From Lachnospiraceae bacterium (GTDB taxonomy: Bacteria > Bacillota > Clostridia > Lachnospirales > Lachnospiraceae): a DNA stretch of 64,000 bases. The stretch is from positions 13,107-77,106 of the forward strand of contig JAFZSQ010000079.1 of the NCBI GenBank assembly GCA_017619295.1, written 5' to 3'. The stretch's first letter is position 1; each line of letters opens with the position of its first letter. Under the pieces are notes generated by a model. That model did not search any database. It was not told where the DNA came from and worked only from the letters and a program-made list of their open reading frames with translations. A program made the translations under genes and the position numbers. Shown here one piece after another: positions 1 to 9,902 of this stretch.

Positions 1-2
1 AG

Positions 3-287
3 TTGATTCATACAGTAAATCTTGTAAAAGAGAGACTTAATCCGGAACTGGACATGGAAGGCGTAGTTTTCACAATGTACGATTCCAGAAATAATCTTTC
101 TGTTCAGGTTGTTGAAAGTGTTAAGAACAGCTACGACGGAAAGGTGTTCAACACCATCATCCCCAGAAACGTAAGGGTTGCAGAGGCACCCAGTTACGGG
201 GAACCTATAAATATTTACGATCCCAAATCCGCGGGAGCAGAAAGTTATCTTGCCCTGGCGGATGAAATCATAGAAGGAGAAAGGTAA
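3..287 (+). CDS. soj: ParA/Soj-type partition ATPase, C-terminal part only (5' end outside window)
   Basis: The frame is open to the window edge. The C-terminal sequence is ParA-like (...IIPRNVRVAEAPSYGEPINIYDPKSAGAESY...). The stop lies 3 nt before the parB start. Confidence 0.85.
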   Translation: MIHTVNLVKERLNPELDMEGVVFTMYDSRNNLSVQVVESVKNSYDGKVFNTIIPRNVRVAEAPSYGEPINIYDPKSAGAESYLALADEIIEGER

Positions 288-290
288 ATT

Positions 291-1193
291 ATGGCAGCAA
301 GAGGGTTAGGTAAAGGTCTTGATGCGTTGATTCCTTCTGCAGCTCCCAAAGCAGGAAAGGTCGACACAAAGGCAAAGGTGGTTACAGTTGACGAGAATGA
401 TGATTCTCCCAAATCAATTGTTAAGATTACAAAGGTAGAGCCCAACAGAGAACAGCCTCGTAAGAATTTTGATGAGGAAGCTTTGGCCGAACTGGCAGAA
501 TCCATTAAGCAGTTTGGTGTGTTGCAGCCTATTCTTGTTCAGGACAGAAAAGATTACTATGAAATAATCGCAGGTGAGAGAAGATGGAGAGCCGCTATGA
601 AGGCGGGTCTTAAGGAAGTTCCCGTAATCATCAAGAATCTTACCGAGCAGGAAATCATGGAGATTTCCTTAATAGAGAACCTTCAGAGAGAAGACCTTAA
701 CCCTATTGAGGAAGCCATGGCATATAAGAGACTTCTCACAGAGTTTAACCTCAAGCAGGAGGAAGTGGCTGAGAGAGTTTCAAAGAGCAGAACCGCAGTT
801 ACAAACTCCATGAGACTTCTCAAGCTTGATCCTTCAATTCAGAAAATGCTTGAAGATGGTGAGCTTACCACAGGTCATGCAAGAGCACTGCTTGCAATTG
901 AGGATAACGAGAAACAGGTGGCTGCTGCCAAGAAGATTGTTTCTGACAAACTCAGCGTAAGAGATGTTGAGAAGTTTGTTAAGGATTTTGGCAAACCGGC
1001 TAAAGAGAAGAAGAAATCCAATGATGAAATGGATGTCTTCTATAAAGATATAGAAGAGAAACTGAAGAGAGCTTTGGGAACCAAGGTATCCGTTAATGCC
1101 AAGAGCGATGGAGCCGGAGAGTTAAAGATTGAATTCTACACTCACGATGAGCTTGATAAATTAGTTTCATTACTTTCAAAGACAGAAGAATAA
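291..1193 (+). CDS. parB: ParB/Spo0J chromosome partitioning protein
   Basis: 300-aa ORF with the ParB box IIAGERRWRAA and an HTH segment SRTAVTNSMRLLKL. It sits directly after soj. Confidence 0.92.
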   Translation: MAARGLGKGLDALIPSAAPKAGKVDTKAKVVTVDENDDSPKSIVKITKVEPNREQPRKNFDEEALAELAESIKQFGVLQPILVQDRKDYYEIIAGERRWRAAMKAGLKEVPVIIKNLTEQEIMEISLIENLQREDLNPIEEAMAYKRLLTEFNLKQEEVAERVSKSRTAVTNSMRLLKLDPSIQKMLEDGELTTGHARALLAIEDNEKQVAAAKKIVSDKLSVRDVEKFVKDFGKPAKEKKKSNDEMDVFYKDIEEKLKRALGTKVSVNAKSDGAGELKIEFYTHDELDKLVSLLSKTEE

Positions 1194-1202
1194 GAGGGCG
1201 GG

Positions 1203-1715
1203 ATGAATAGCACATTATTTAAAGATCTTGGAATCGACGGAGTCGATCCCGGTTATATAATTTTAGGACTGACGGTGGTTTTATTAATCGTCATCATCCT
1301 TTTGATCGTTCAGATTAGCAAGACTTCAAAACTTCAGAAGAAGTATTCGAAGTTTATGAGAGGCAAAGATGCCAAGAGCCTTGAGAAAGAGATTGTCGGA
1401 TTATATGAGGACAACAAATTCTTAAAGACAACAGCCGAAAAGAATAAAAGCGATATCAGGAATATTTACAAAAGACTTGAGTCAGCATTCCAGAAGGTTG
1501 GTTTGGTAAAATACGATGCCTTCCAGCAGATGGGCGGTCAGTTAAGTTTTTCACTTGCAGTATTAGATGAGAATGATAATGGTTTTATCATGAATTCCGT
1601 ACACAGCGCAGAGGGTTGTTACTCCTACACAAAGGAGATTAAACAGGGCCAGTGTTCCCTTACTCTCGGCGATGAGGAAAAAATGGCGTTGGATATGGCT
1701 ATGGCAAAGCCATAA
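1203..1715 (+). CDS. DUF4446-like membrane protein (commonly follows parB in Firmicutes)
   Basis: 170-aa ORF with one N-terminal TM helix (YIILGLTVVLLIVIILLIV), 10 nt after parB. The family call is from sequence pattern memory and was not searched. Confidence 0.65.
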   Translation: MNSTLFKDLGIDGVDPGYIILGLTVVLLIVIILLIVQISKTSKLQKKYSKFMRGKDAKSLEKEIVGLYEDNKFLKTTAEKNKSDIRNIYKRLESAFQKVGLVKYDAFQQMGGQLSFSLAVLDENDNGFIMNSVHSAEGCYSYTKEIKQGQCSLTLGDEEKMALDMAMAKP

Positions 1716-1773
1716 CTTAGCCGATATATATTGGTAACAATATAGTCGGAAAAGAAAAACGGTAGGGTAAAGT

Positions 1774-2826
1774 ATGAGAATATGCAGAGTTGACCAGTTA
1801 ACAGGAAACGAAATACTGGCCAAAGACATAGTCTCCAGAGACTATTCTTTCCTTTTGGCAAGAGGTAGTGTCGTAAGAAAAGAATATATCGAGAGGCTGA
1901 AAGAACTTCACATTGCTATGGTTTATGTCGAAGAAGAAGGCCGAAGCATTGAGGCCAGACGAATTCTTCGAGAAGAGGTGGAGGAGAAGTTTACCGAAAA
2001 GGTTAAACAGATCCTGGAAACACACACATACCAGCACAATGAAGAGCTGGTAGAACTGTGTGATACCGCGGAGAAAATCATGCACGAAATTATCGAAGAC
2101 GAAGATGTAGCAGAACGCGTGTTCGATATAAGAGAGCGTGGCGCTGATTTGTATGAGCATTCAATTAATGTTTGTACTCTCGCTACTTTGACAGCTCTTA
2201 AATTGAAGTTGGATAAGGATATTATAAGAGGAATCGGATCCGGTGCACTTTTGCATGATCTGGGACTCAGGTACATCACGGTTGATTACGTGAACAGAAA
2301 TGTTGAGGACATGGAAACCAATGAAATGTCCGAGTACAAAAAGCATCCTGTTTACGGCTACAGCTCAGTGGAGAACGAGACCTGGCTTCCAAAGATTGCC
2401 AAGGACGTTATCCTTTATCATCATGAAACATTGGATGGTGTTGGATACCCCCTGAAAACTGCAGTGGTTCCTTTTGAGTGCCAGATTGTAGGAATCTGTG
2501 AAACTCTTGATGAAATGCTTTGCGGCGTTGGACGTGTGAGAAGTAAAGTTCACGTTGCAGTTGAGTATCTTATGGATGCCAAGGGCAAAAAGTATGATTC
2601 AAGAATAGTTGACGCACTCCTTGCTTTCACGGCAGTATATCCTGCAGGGACAAGAGTTCTTACAAACGAGGGAGAAATCGGAATCGTTATCAAACAGAAC
2701 GCCGAATTCCCCAACCGCCCGGTTTTGCTTATGGTTGAAGACAAGAACCGTAACAGATATGAGGAGAGAATCATTAGAAATCTTCTTGACGAGCAGACTA
2801 TCTTTATTGAGCGTGTAATTGAATAA
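1774..2826 (+). CDS. HD-GYP domain protein (putative c-di-GMP phosphodiesterase)
   Basis: HD motif (LLHDLGL) and HHETLDGVGYP motif in a 350-aa ORF. Confidence 0.85.
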   Translation: MRICRVDQLTGNEILAKDIVSRDYSFLLARGSVVRKEYIERLKELHIAMVYVEEEGRSIEARRILREEVEEKFTEKVKQILETHTYQHNEELVELCDTAEKIMHEIIEDEDVAERVFDIRERGADLYEHSINVCTLATLTALKLKLDKDIIRGIGSGALLHDLGLRYITVDYVNRNVEDMETNEMSEYKKHPVYGYSSVENETWLPKIAKDVILYHHETLDGVGYPLKTAVVPFECQIVGICETLDEMLCGVGRVRSKVHVAVEYLMDAKGKKYDSRIVDALLAFTAVYPAGTRVLTNEGEIGIVIKQNAEFPNRPVLLMVEDKNRNRYEERIIRNLLDEQTIFIERVIE

Positions 2827-2850
2827 TCAAAGTTAGGAGATAGATATACA

Positions 2851-4137
2851 ATGATTGACATTAAGTTTTTAAGAGAGAACCCTGAGATTGTAAAGGAAAA
2901 TATCCGCAAGAAATTTCAGGATGCCAAACTTCCTTTAGTTGATCAGGTTATTGAACTTGATGCAAAAAACAGAAGTGCTAAGCAGGAAGCTGATGATCTC
3001 CGTGCCAACAGAAACAAGATTTCAAAGGAAATCGGTGCATTAATGGCACAGGGCAAAAAAGAAGAAGCTGAAGCCAAGAAGGCAGAGGTTGCTGCAGGTG
3101 CTAAGAGACTTGCAGAGCTTGAAGAGTCTGAGGCAGAACTTCAGGAACAGATCACGAAGATTATGATGACCATTCCCAACATTATCGATGATTCCGTACC
3201 CATCGGTAAGGATGATACAGAGAATGTTGAGATCGAGAAATTCGGTGAACCTGTAGTTCCCGATTTTGAGGTTCCTTATCACGCAGATATTCTTGACAGA
3301 TTAAACGGTCTTGATAAAGAAGCTGCAGGAAGAACCAGCGGAAACGGTTTCTACTACCTTATGGGTGACGCGGCAAGAATCCACTCCGCAATGATTTCCT
3401 ACGCTAGAGACTTTATGATTAACAAGGGCTTTACATATTGTATTCCGCCCTTTATGATTAGAAGCAATGTCGTTAACGGCGTTATGAGTTTCGCAGAGAT
3501 GGAAGCCATGATGTACAAGATTGAAGGAGAGGATCTTTTCCTTATCGGTACAAGTGAGCATTCCATGATTGGTAAATTCAAAGGACAGATTGTTGAAGAG
3601 AAATCTCTTCCCATTACCATGACATCTTACTCACCTTGTTTCCGTAAGGAAGTTGGTTCCCACGGTATCGAGGAGAGAGGCGTATACAGAGTTCACCAGT
3701 TTGAGAAACAGGAGATGGTTGTTCTTTGTAAGCCTGAGGAGTCCATGGATTGGTACAACAAGATGTGGTCTTACACAGTAGAATTCTTCAGAAGTCTTGA
3801 TATTCCCGTACGTACACTTGAGTGCTGTTCCGGAGATCTGGCAGATTTGAAGGTTAAGTCCTGTGATGTTGAGGCATGGAGCCCCAGACAGAAGAAGTAC
3901 TTTGAGGTAGGTTCATGTTCTACTCTCGGAGATGCTCAGGCAAGAAGACTTGGAATAAGAACAAAGGGAGAGAACGGAACATACCTTGTTCATACTTTGA
4001 ACAACACAGTTCTCGCTACACCCCGCGGACTTATTGCATTCCTTGAGAACAATGTAAACGAAGACGGAAGTGTAAATATTCCCGTAGCTCTTCGTCCTTA
4101 CATGGGCGGACTTGAGAAAGTTCTCCCCAAGAACTAA
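2851..4137 (+). CDS. serS: Seryl-tRNA synthetase
   Basis: 428 aa. N-terminus MIDIKFLRENPE with a coiled-coil arm, then a class II core (TSEHSM, FRKEVGSHG, HQFEKQEMV). RBS AGGAGA upstream. Confidence 0.95.
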   Translation: MIDIKFLRENPEIVKENIRKKFQDAKLPLVDQVIELDAKNRSAKQEADDLRANRNKISKEIGALMAQGKKEEAEAKKAEVAAGAKRLAELEESEAELQEQITKIMMTIPNIIDDSVPIGKDDTENVEIEKFGEPVVPDFEVPYHADILDRLNGLDKEAAGRTSGNGFYYLMGDAARIHSAMISYARDFMINKGFTYCIPPFMIRSNVVNGVMSFAEMEAMMYKIEGEDLFLIGTSEHSMIGKFKGQIVEEKSLPITMTSYSPCFRKEVGSHGIEERGVYRVHQFEKQEMVVLCKPEESMDWYNKMWSYTVEFFRSLDIPVRTLECCSGDLADLKVKSCDVEAWSPRQKKYFEVGSCSTLGDAQARRLGIRTKGENGTYLVHTLNNTVLATPRGLIAFLENNVNEDGSVNIPVALRPYMGGLEKVLPKN

Positions 4138-4176
4138 AAATTTTAATCAACAGATGACGTAAAGGAGGTGAAATCC

Positions 4177-5061
4177 GTGCATAAGTATATGAGAGCCATC
4201 GGTTTTTCCGATCAGATAAGTCGTGAAAAGCTTAAGGAAATAATCACCGATTGTATTATGAATCCCTCAACTCGCATGTACACCACCAACAAGGAAGATG
4301 TTATGCTTGGTGAATTTTGCAAGGATTTCGCCGAAAACATCGGAATTTCCGTTTGCGGAGAATTTGATGATGCTTCCCATTTTGTGTACGAATACTATTA
4401 TCCCTATTTAAGGGGAATGGGAGTAAGCTCAACGGAAGATATTTCTGTGGAGCGCCATGCCGCAAAGGAATCCTATGCAGGAGTTTGTGATGACGCAAAA
4501 CTTGGAATCACTTTGATTTTTTACCTGCAGAACATGATGGATTATGTTAAAATACAAGCTGAGGAAAGGCTTCCCATGAAGGGAACGAGCCTTACCTTGT
4601 CAGGACTTTCTGTAAACGGGCAGATAATGTTGCCCATTCTTATGGATGAAAATCAAAAGAAGAAAAGTCGGAAAGAATCCAAGAACAGAAGCTCACTAAT
4701 TGCAAAAGCCCGCCAGGGAGATGAGAACGCGCTGGAGACACTGACTCTTGAAGATATGGACATTTACACATCCATCTCCAAGAGAATTCAGAATGAAGAT
4801 GTCTACAGTCTGGTTGATTCGTACTTTATGCCTTACGGAGTAGAGTGCGATCAGTATTCGGTCCTTGGTGAGATTACCGCATGCAGGGCAGTGACTAACA
4901 AACTGACCGGCGAGAAGCTTCATGTAATGACAGTTGTCTGCAATGATGTATCCTTTGACGTATGTATCAACGAGAAGGACCTCTTCGGAGAGCCTGAGGT
5001 TGGACGAAGATTCAAAGGTATCGTCTGGATGCAGGGAATGATAAACTTTCCCGAGTTATAA
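4177..5061 (+). CDS. DUF3881-like protein
   Basis: The ORF track starts at GTG 4168, which lies inside the RBS AAAGGAGG (4161-4168). GTG 4177 gives MHKYMRAIGFS..., the typical N-terminus of this family. Function unknown. Confidence 0.65.
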   Translation: MHKYMRAIGFSDQISREKLKEIITDCIMNPSTRMYTTNKEDVMLGEFCKDFAENIGISVCGEFDDASHFVYEYYYPYLRGMGVSSTEDISVERHAAKESYAGVCDDAKLGITLIFYLQNMMDYVKIQAEERLPMKGTSLTLSGLSVNGQIMLPILMDENQKKKSRKESKNRSSLIAKARQGDENALETLTLEDMDIYTSISKRIQNEDVYSLVDSYFMPYGVECDQYSVLGEITACRAVTNKLTGEKLHVMTVVCNDVSFDVCINEKDLFGEPEVGRRFKGIVWMQGMINFPEL

Positions 5062-5071
5062 TCGGGAATGA

Positions 5072-5143
5072 GTTCTCTTAGTTAAATGGATATAACAGCT
5101 CCCTCCTAAGGAGCAGTTGAGGGTTCGATTCCCCCAGGGAACA
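5072..5143 (+). tRNA. tRNA-Arg (anticodon CCT)
   Basis: Hand-folded cloverleaf. Acceptor stem GTTCTCT/AGGGAAC has one G-U pair. D stem is GTTA/TAAC. Anticodon stem is GCTCC/GGAGC with loop CTCCTAA. T arm is GAGGG-TTCGATT-CCCCC with one A-C mismatch. No CCA is encoded. Confidence 0.8.
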
Positions 5144-5189
5144 TTTACTATTGGTTATTGACCATCACATACCGCGAGGAAGCAAAAGC

Positions 5190-6146
5190 TTGAAGTACAT
5201 CATTTTGGATTTGGAATGGAATCAGAGTGGAATTCCCGAAGAGTCAGTGAAAGACCTGACTTTTGAAATTGTGGAAGTCGGTGCTGTAAAGCTGAATGAA
5301 GACAGAGTAATGGTAGATGAATTCTCCTGTCTCGTTAAGCCTCAGGTATACAGTAAGATGCATCATATCACCAGAAAGCTTATCCATCTTAGAATGGAGG
5401 AGCTGGAGAAAGGCCAGCCTTTTACCAAAGTGGCTGAGGACTTCCTTAACTGGTGCGGCAAGGATTACATGTTCGGAACCTGGGGTCCGTTGGATCTGAC
5501 AGAACTTCAGAACAATCTTCGCTATTATGATATGAAGCCCTTATCAAATGGTCCGATAGCCTTTTTTGATGTTCAGAAGCTTTTCTCAATTGCTTTTGAA
5601 GATGGTAAAAGCCGAAAGTCTCTCGAATATGCGGTAGACTTTCTTAAAATCGAAAAGGACATTCCTTTCCACAGAGCTTTTTCCGATGCTTATTACACGG
5701 CAAAGGTTTTTGCCAAGATTGATGAGAAACTGGCCAACTCTCACGTATCCTATGATACCTTCAGAGCACCGAAGGATGAGGATCATGAGGTTTGGGTAGA
5801 TTTTGACAAATACAGCAAGTTCATTTCCAGAGGATTTGAAACCAAACAGGACCTTCTCTTTAACAAGAGAGTAATGAACACCAGATGCTACAAGTGCGGC
5901 AAGGGAACCTTTAAGAGAATCCGCTGGTTTTCACCGAACCACAAGAACTATTACTATGTGGGCTTCTGTCCCAGACACGGATATGTTAAGTCCAAAGTCA
6001 GAGTCAGAAAGGATTGTAACGATTTATTCTATTGCGTAAAGACAATGAAGAAAATCGACAAGGAGACCTACAGAACTCTTTACGAGAAATACGTAAAATA
6101 TAAAGAAAACAAGAAGAAACAAATAGCTAAGGCAAAAGGCAAATAA
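5190..6146 (+). CDS. DEDDh-type 3'-5' exonuclease (KapD/DnaQ-like) with Cys/His-rich C-terminal region
   Basis: Exo motifs ILDLEWNQ and HRAFSDAYYTAKVF. C-terminal CYKCGKG...FCPRHG. The likely start is TTG 5190, 9 nt after GAGGA. The track start at 5151 would abut the tRNA. Confidence 0.75.
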   Translation: MKYIILDLEWNQSGIPEESVKDLTFEIVEVGAVKLNEDRVMVDEFSCLVKPQVYSKMHHITRKLIHLRMEELEKGQPFTKVAEDFLNWCGKDYMFGTWGPLDLTELQNNLRYYDMKPLSNGPIAFFDVQKLFSIAFEDGKSRKSLEYAVDFLKIEKDIPFHRAFSDAYYTAKVFAKIDEKLANSHVSYDTFRAPKDEDHEVWVDFDKYSKFISRGFETKQDLLFNKRVMNTRCYKCGKGTFKRIRWFSPNHKNYYYVGFCPRHGYVKSKVRVRKDCNDLFYCVKTMKKIDKETYRTLYEKYVKYKENKKKQIAKAKGK

Positions 6147-6217
6147 TCCTTTTGCCTTTTATTATTCATGATATAATGAGGACATGTAACAGCAAACCAT
6201 TCTATTGGAGGGAAAAT

Positions 6218-6847
6218 ATGAACGAAAATATAGTTAAGAGAAATGATTTACTGGCACAGAAAACCATAAAGGGTCTCGAATCAAGAAACATGACAGGATA
6301 TTACGCAAAGGATAAAGAGGAAGCGTTGAAAATTGCTCTTTCTCTGATTCCCGAAGGATCAAGCGTAACCATGGGCGGCGGAATGAGCGTTCATGAAATC
6401 GGTCTTGTTAAGGAATTAAAAGCGGGAAATTACAATTTCATCGACAGAGACGAGGAAGAAGATAAAAGAAAAGCCATGCTTATGGCATATGATGCGGATG
6501 TTTATCTTGCCAGCACCAACGCCATGACAGACGATGGAGTTCTTGTAAACATCGACGGAAACTCCAACAGAGTATCTGCCATTGCGCAGGGACCAAAGAA
6601 AGTAATATTTATTGTTGGAATGAACAAGGTTTGTGGTGATGTGGATGCTGCAATGAAGAGAGCAAGACAGGTGGCAGCGCCCACCAACGCTCAGAGATTT
6701 GGACTTGATACACCCTGCTCTAAAACCGGAGCATGTTTTAACTGCAAATCACCTGACACCATTTGCTGTCAGATTCTTATTACAAGATTTTCAAGACACA
6801 AAGACAGAATACATGTAATTCTCGTCAACGATAATTTAGGATTCTAA
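6218..6847 (+). CDS. LUD-domain (LutC/YkgG-like, 'lactate utilization') protein
   Basis: ATG 6218 is preceded by GGAGGG. The 209-aa product has the LUD-type pattern (...ASTNAMTDDGVLVNIDGNSNRVSA...IFIVGMNK...). No lutA/lutB partner is present. Confidence 0.7.
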   Translation: MNENIVKRNDLLAQKTIKGLESRNMTGYYAKDKEEALKIALSLIPEGSSVTMGGGMSVHEIGLVKELKAGNYNFIDRDEEEDKRKAMLMAYDADVYLASTNAMTDDGVLVNIDGNSNRVSAIAQGPKKVIFIVGMNKVCGDVDAAMKRARQVAAPTNAQRFGLDTPCSKTGACFNCKSPDTICCQILITRFSRHKDRIHVILVNDNLGF

Positions 6848-6859
6848 AGGAAAAACAAT

Positions 6860-8065
6860 ATGAAATATAGGCCTACGATTCACTTTTGCGTAATTCAGGG
6901 GCTGTATTGGGGATGTTTTTGTATTGTGTATGCCTATGCCAGTGTTTATCTTCTGGCTAAGGGGCTGACCAGCACTCAGATCGGATACTTAATTGCGGCG
7001 GGATCCGGTTTGTCGGTAATAATTCAGCCAATCCTTGGAGCTTTTGCGGACAGAAGTAAGAAGCCCATACTTCACAAACTGACTGTTGGCATGTTTCTAA
7101 TCATGATTGCATGCTTTGTTGGTTTGTTTGTGGTGGAGAATTCCAATTCCACCAGAGTGATTCTGTACGCTATTTTGATCATACTGCTTCAAGCCACCAC
7201 GTCTTTAACTTACTCCTTGGGTTTGTTCTTTATCGACATGGGACTGAAGGTAAACATCGGAATTGCCAGAGGAATGGGCTCATTATTCTACGCAGCGGTT
7301 TCCTCGATTCTTGGAGTCCTTGTTGTAAACTTCAATGAGGACGTAATAGTAATTGCGGGAATTATAGCTTTTGTGCTTCTTTCCCTCTCCATAGCAACCT
7401 TCCACTTTAAGGGCGTGAAAGAGGTAAAGCTTTTTAAATCCGAGGAAAATGGTAAAACAAGAGAAAACCTCTCCCTTACCGAATTTTTTGCAACACATAA
7501 GAGATATACCTGGGTGCTTATCGGAAACACCTTTGCGTTTATTGCATACAATTATCTGAACAGCTACATGTTCCAGATTGTTTCCTTCCATGGAGGAACG
7601 GAGAAGGATATGGGTTTTGCCATATCTTTAGGGGCTTTCCTGGAACTTCCCATTCTGTTTACCTTAACCTTGGTAAACAGAAAACTCAGATCGGGACTTC
7701 TTTATAAAGTTTCGGCAGTGGTGATATTGCTTAAATGTGTATTGTTCATGACGGCCATGAATATGGGCATGATTTATGTGGCAATGTTTACCCAGGCTTT
7801 GGGCTATGGACTTTACGCGGGAATAAGCATTTATTACATAGCTAATACCATCGAGAATGAGGAACAGGTAAGAGGTCAGGCATTAATGACAGCCACGGTT
7901 ACTGTCGGAATGCTGGTGGGAAGCGGAACCGGAGGACTTCTTATAGACAAGGGTTCAGTTCCGGCGCTTCTTATAGCGGCAGTTATTACAGCACTTATCG
8001 GTGCGATTATTATTTGTGTTTCAGCAGAAAAAGGTAACTTACAGGGAAAGGCAGAAGAAGCATGA
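6860..8065 (+). CDS. MFS transporter
   Basis: 401 aa with about 12 hydrophobic segments and the loop motif GAFADRSKKP. Confidence 0.8.
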   Translation: MKYRPTIHFCVIQGLYWGCFCIVYAYASVYLLAKGLTSTQIGYLIAAGSGLSVIIQPILGAFADRSKKPILHKLTVGMFLIMIACFVGLFVVENSNSTRVILYAILIILLQATTSLTYSLGLFFIDMGLKVNIGIARGMGSLFYAAVSSILGVLVVNFNEDVIVIAGIIAFVLLSLSIATFHFKGVKEVKLFKSEENGKTRENLSLTEFFATHKRYTWVLIGNTFAFIAYNYLNSYMFQIVSFHGGTEKDMGFAISLGAFLELPILFTLTLVNRKLRSGLLYKVSAVVILLKCVLFMTAMNMGMIYVAMFTQALGYGLYAGISIYYIANTIENEEQVRGQALMTATVTVGMLVGSGTGGLLIDKGSVPALLIAAVITALIGAIIICVSAEKGNLQGKAEEA

Positions 8066-9885
8066 GAAAGAGAGCCATTCCAATCTTAATATGTTTGACC
8101 GCAACGGCAGCTTTATTTGCGTGCGGCAAGGAGCCGGCCACCGAAACGATTACAACTCCTGAAGTTACGGAAAGTACTGAAACTGCGGAGACACCTACAG
8201 AAGTTCCGGTAGAGACTGAGGAAATTTCATCCACCACCATTTCATCCGAAGAAGACATAAAGGCATTTATTGAAGGGGACTGGAGATTATATGATTCAGG
8301 TAAAAACGAAGAGTTCGCCTCCATAAGCTTTGCCCCTGACGGAAGCTTCAAGTTTGAAAGAGATTTTGACAAAACAACCTGCGAAGGAATACTAAGCTTT
8401 GAGAAAGTGTACGCAGGCGAATCCGATGCTCCGGATTATTACCTGTTAACCGCTACGGGTGTAAAGACAGGAGAAAGTACGGACACCGGATATGCAAATA
8501 TAGATGACAGATGCGAAAGTCATGGGATCTTCTATATGTGTTCGGCTGGGGATACGGATTACCTTGAGCTTGAGGAAACAGGAAACGGTGATTCCTATGT
8601 AATGGCTGAGATTTTCAGGAATGGACCTTACGAGGGCCCTTCATATGAAAACATCAACAGAGGCTGTGTTCTGATTCGTCAAAGAGACAAGGCAGTGAAA
8701 GCAGAAATTAAAAAGAATGAAAGCTTCACCGCTTATGCCTGGGAGAGAAACGACGATAACAGCATCTGGCTTCAGCCCATGATTTCTCACCAGAGACAGG
8801 ACTATAACGAATATACGGAGAGAAGATTCATAGGAGCGTATTTTAGTCCGGAAACAGTCGAGGCCTCACCATACGAATTGGCGGATGATCTTGATACATC
8901 AGCACTTTTCAGAGATAAGAGATTTGCAGCGGAGCATCCCCTTATGATGTATAACTTCCTTGCGGATGAAAGCGGGAAGATTATTGCCATGTCCGAGGTG
9001 GACAGAGAGATATACGGCGCCTACGATCTTGGAGAAGGCGATGTGAAATTCTCCATCCATGAAGATGCCATAGACGGTATGATTTTTACCTATAACGATA
9101 TAGATATTGACCTTACGGATATGGGACCTGCCAATGCTCTTCTTGACTGCACGAAAGTGGGAGAGAAAATAGTTGTGGAAGGACACATTAATCCCCACGC
9201 TTCGGCATATTATATTTTTGATACAAATTCCGGAGATTTTGAGGAACAGGTTTATGGTTGTAACTTCATCTATCATGACGGAGACATTACAACAGCCGTT
9301 TATTCAATCTGGGGAGAGGTATATAACCTTGCCGGAGATTTAATCGGAAGTTTTGATGACGGAGAAATCTTCGAATTGGAGTTTACAGATAACAATAAGG
9401 CTGTAAAAGCTGTATGCTATACCTTTGTGGACGGTGAGGAAATAACAGAGGAGAAGACCTTTGAGCTTCCCGACACAGGAACAAGATCCATGTACTACTA
9501 TGCAGACTTTATAGTGGGTAACAGATACTCGGCCTGGGCCAGATTTATAAAGGATGCTCCTGAAGATGCCAAGGGCTTTGTAATTGTTAATCCCCCTGAG
9601 TACATGAAATACAGGTTTTATAATTCCGAAACCATAGATGAAGACGCAGGCGATCGCCTGACATTTGTTGCCCTTTATGATGATACCGAGGTTCAGGTGG
9701 AGTCGGAGGGAAAGATTTTAACAGAAACCACCTTGAGAAAAGGTGAAGAAATAAATCTTCGGGTCAATATTCCCGAGGGTATCCCTGTGAAGAACTTAAA
9801 GATAAAGGTTAATAATGAAGAGATTACATTCCCTATCGGACAGCTTTCCGGTAAGGATCCCGTACATTGCAAATTTATAGAATAA
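8062..9885 (+). CDS. Lipoprotein of unknown function
   Basis: 607 aa. Signal peptide plus lipobox (LFACG), then a T/E-rich linker. The start overlaps the MFS stop by 4 nt (ATGA). Confidence 0.7.
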   Translation: MRKRAIPILICLTATAALFACGKEPATETITTPEVTESTETAETPTEVPVETEEISSTTISSEEDIKAFIEGDWRLYDSGKNEEFASISFAPDGSFKFERDFDKTTCEGILSFEKVYAGESDAPDYYLLTATGVKTGESTDTGYANIDDRCESHGIFYMCSAGDTDYLELEETGNGDSYVMAEIFRNGPYEGPSYENINRGCVLIRQRDKAVKAEIKKNESFTAYAWERNDDNSIWLQPMISHQRQDYNEYTERRFIGAYFSPETVEASPYELADDLDTSALFRDKRFAAEHPLMMYNFLADESGKIIAMSEVDREIYGAYDLGEGDVKFSIHEDAIDGMIFTYNDIDIDLTDMGPANALLDCTKVGEKIVVEGHINPHASAYYIFDTNSGDFEEQVYGCNFIYHDGDITTAVYSIWGEVYNLAGDLIGSFDDGEIFELEFTDNNKAVKAVCYTFVDGEEITEEKTFELPDTGTRSMYYYADFIVGNRYSAWARFIKDAPEDAKGFVIVNPPEYMKYRFYNSETIDEDAGDRLTFVALYDDTEVQVESEGKILTETTLRKGEEINLRVNIPEGIPVKNLKIKVNNEEITFPIGQLSGKDPVHCKFIE

Positions 9886-9902
9886 ATAAAAAGAACCTGC
9901 GC

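Noticed and set aside
1-1715. I looked for a parS site (TGTTNCACGTGAAACA) in and around soj/parB, and for DnaA-box clusters.
   Set aside because: I found no convincing match by eye. The only CACGTG-centred sequence I noticed (near 53708) matches the parS flanks poorly. A pattern search over the full window is needed before claiming absence.
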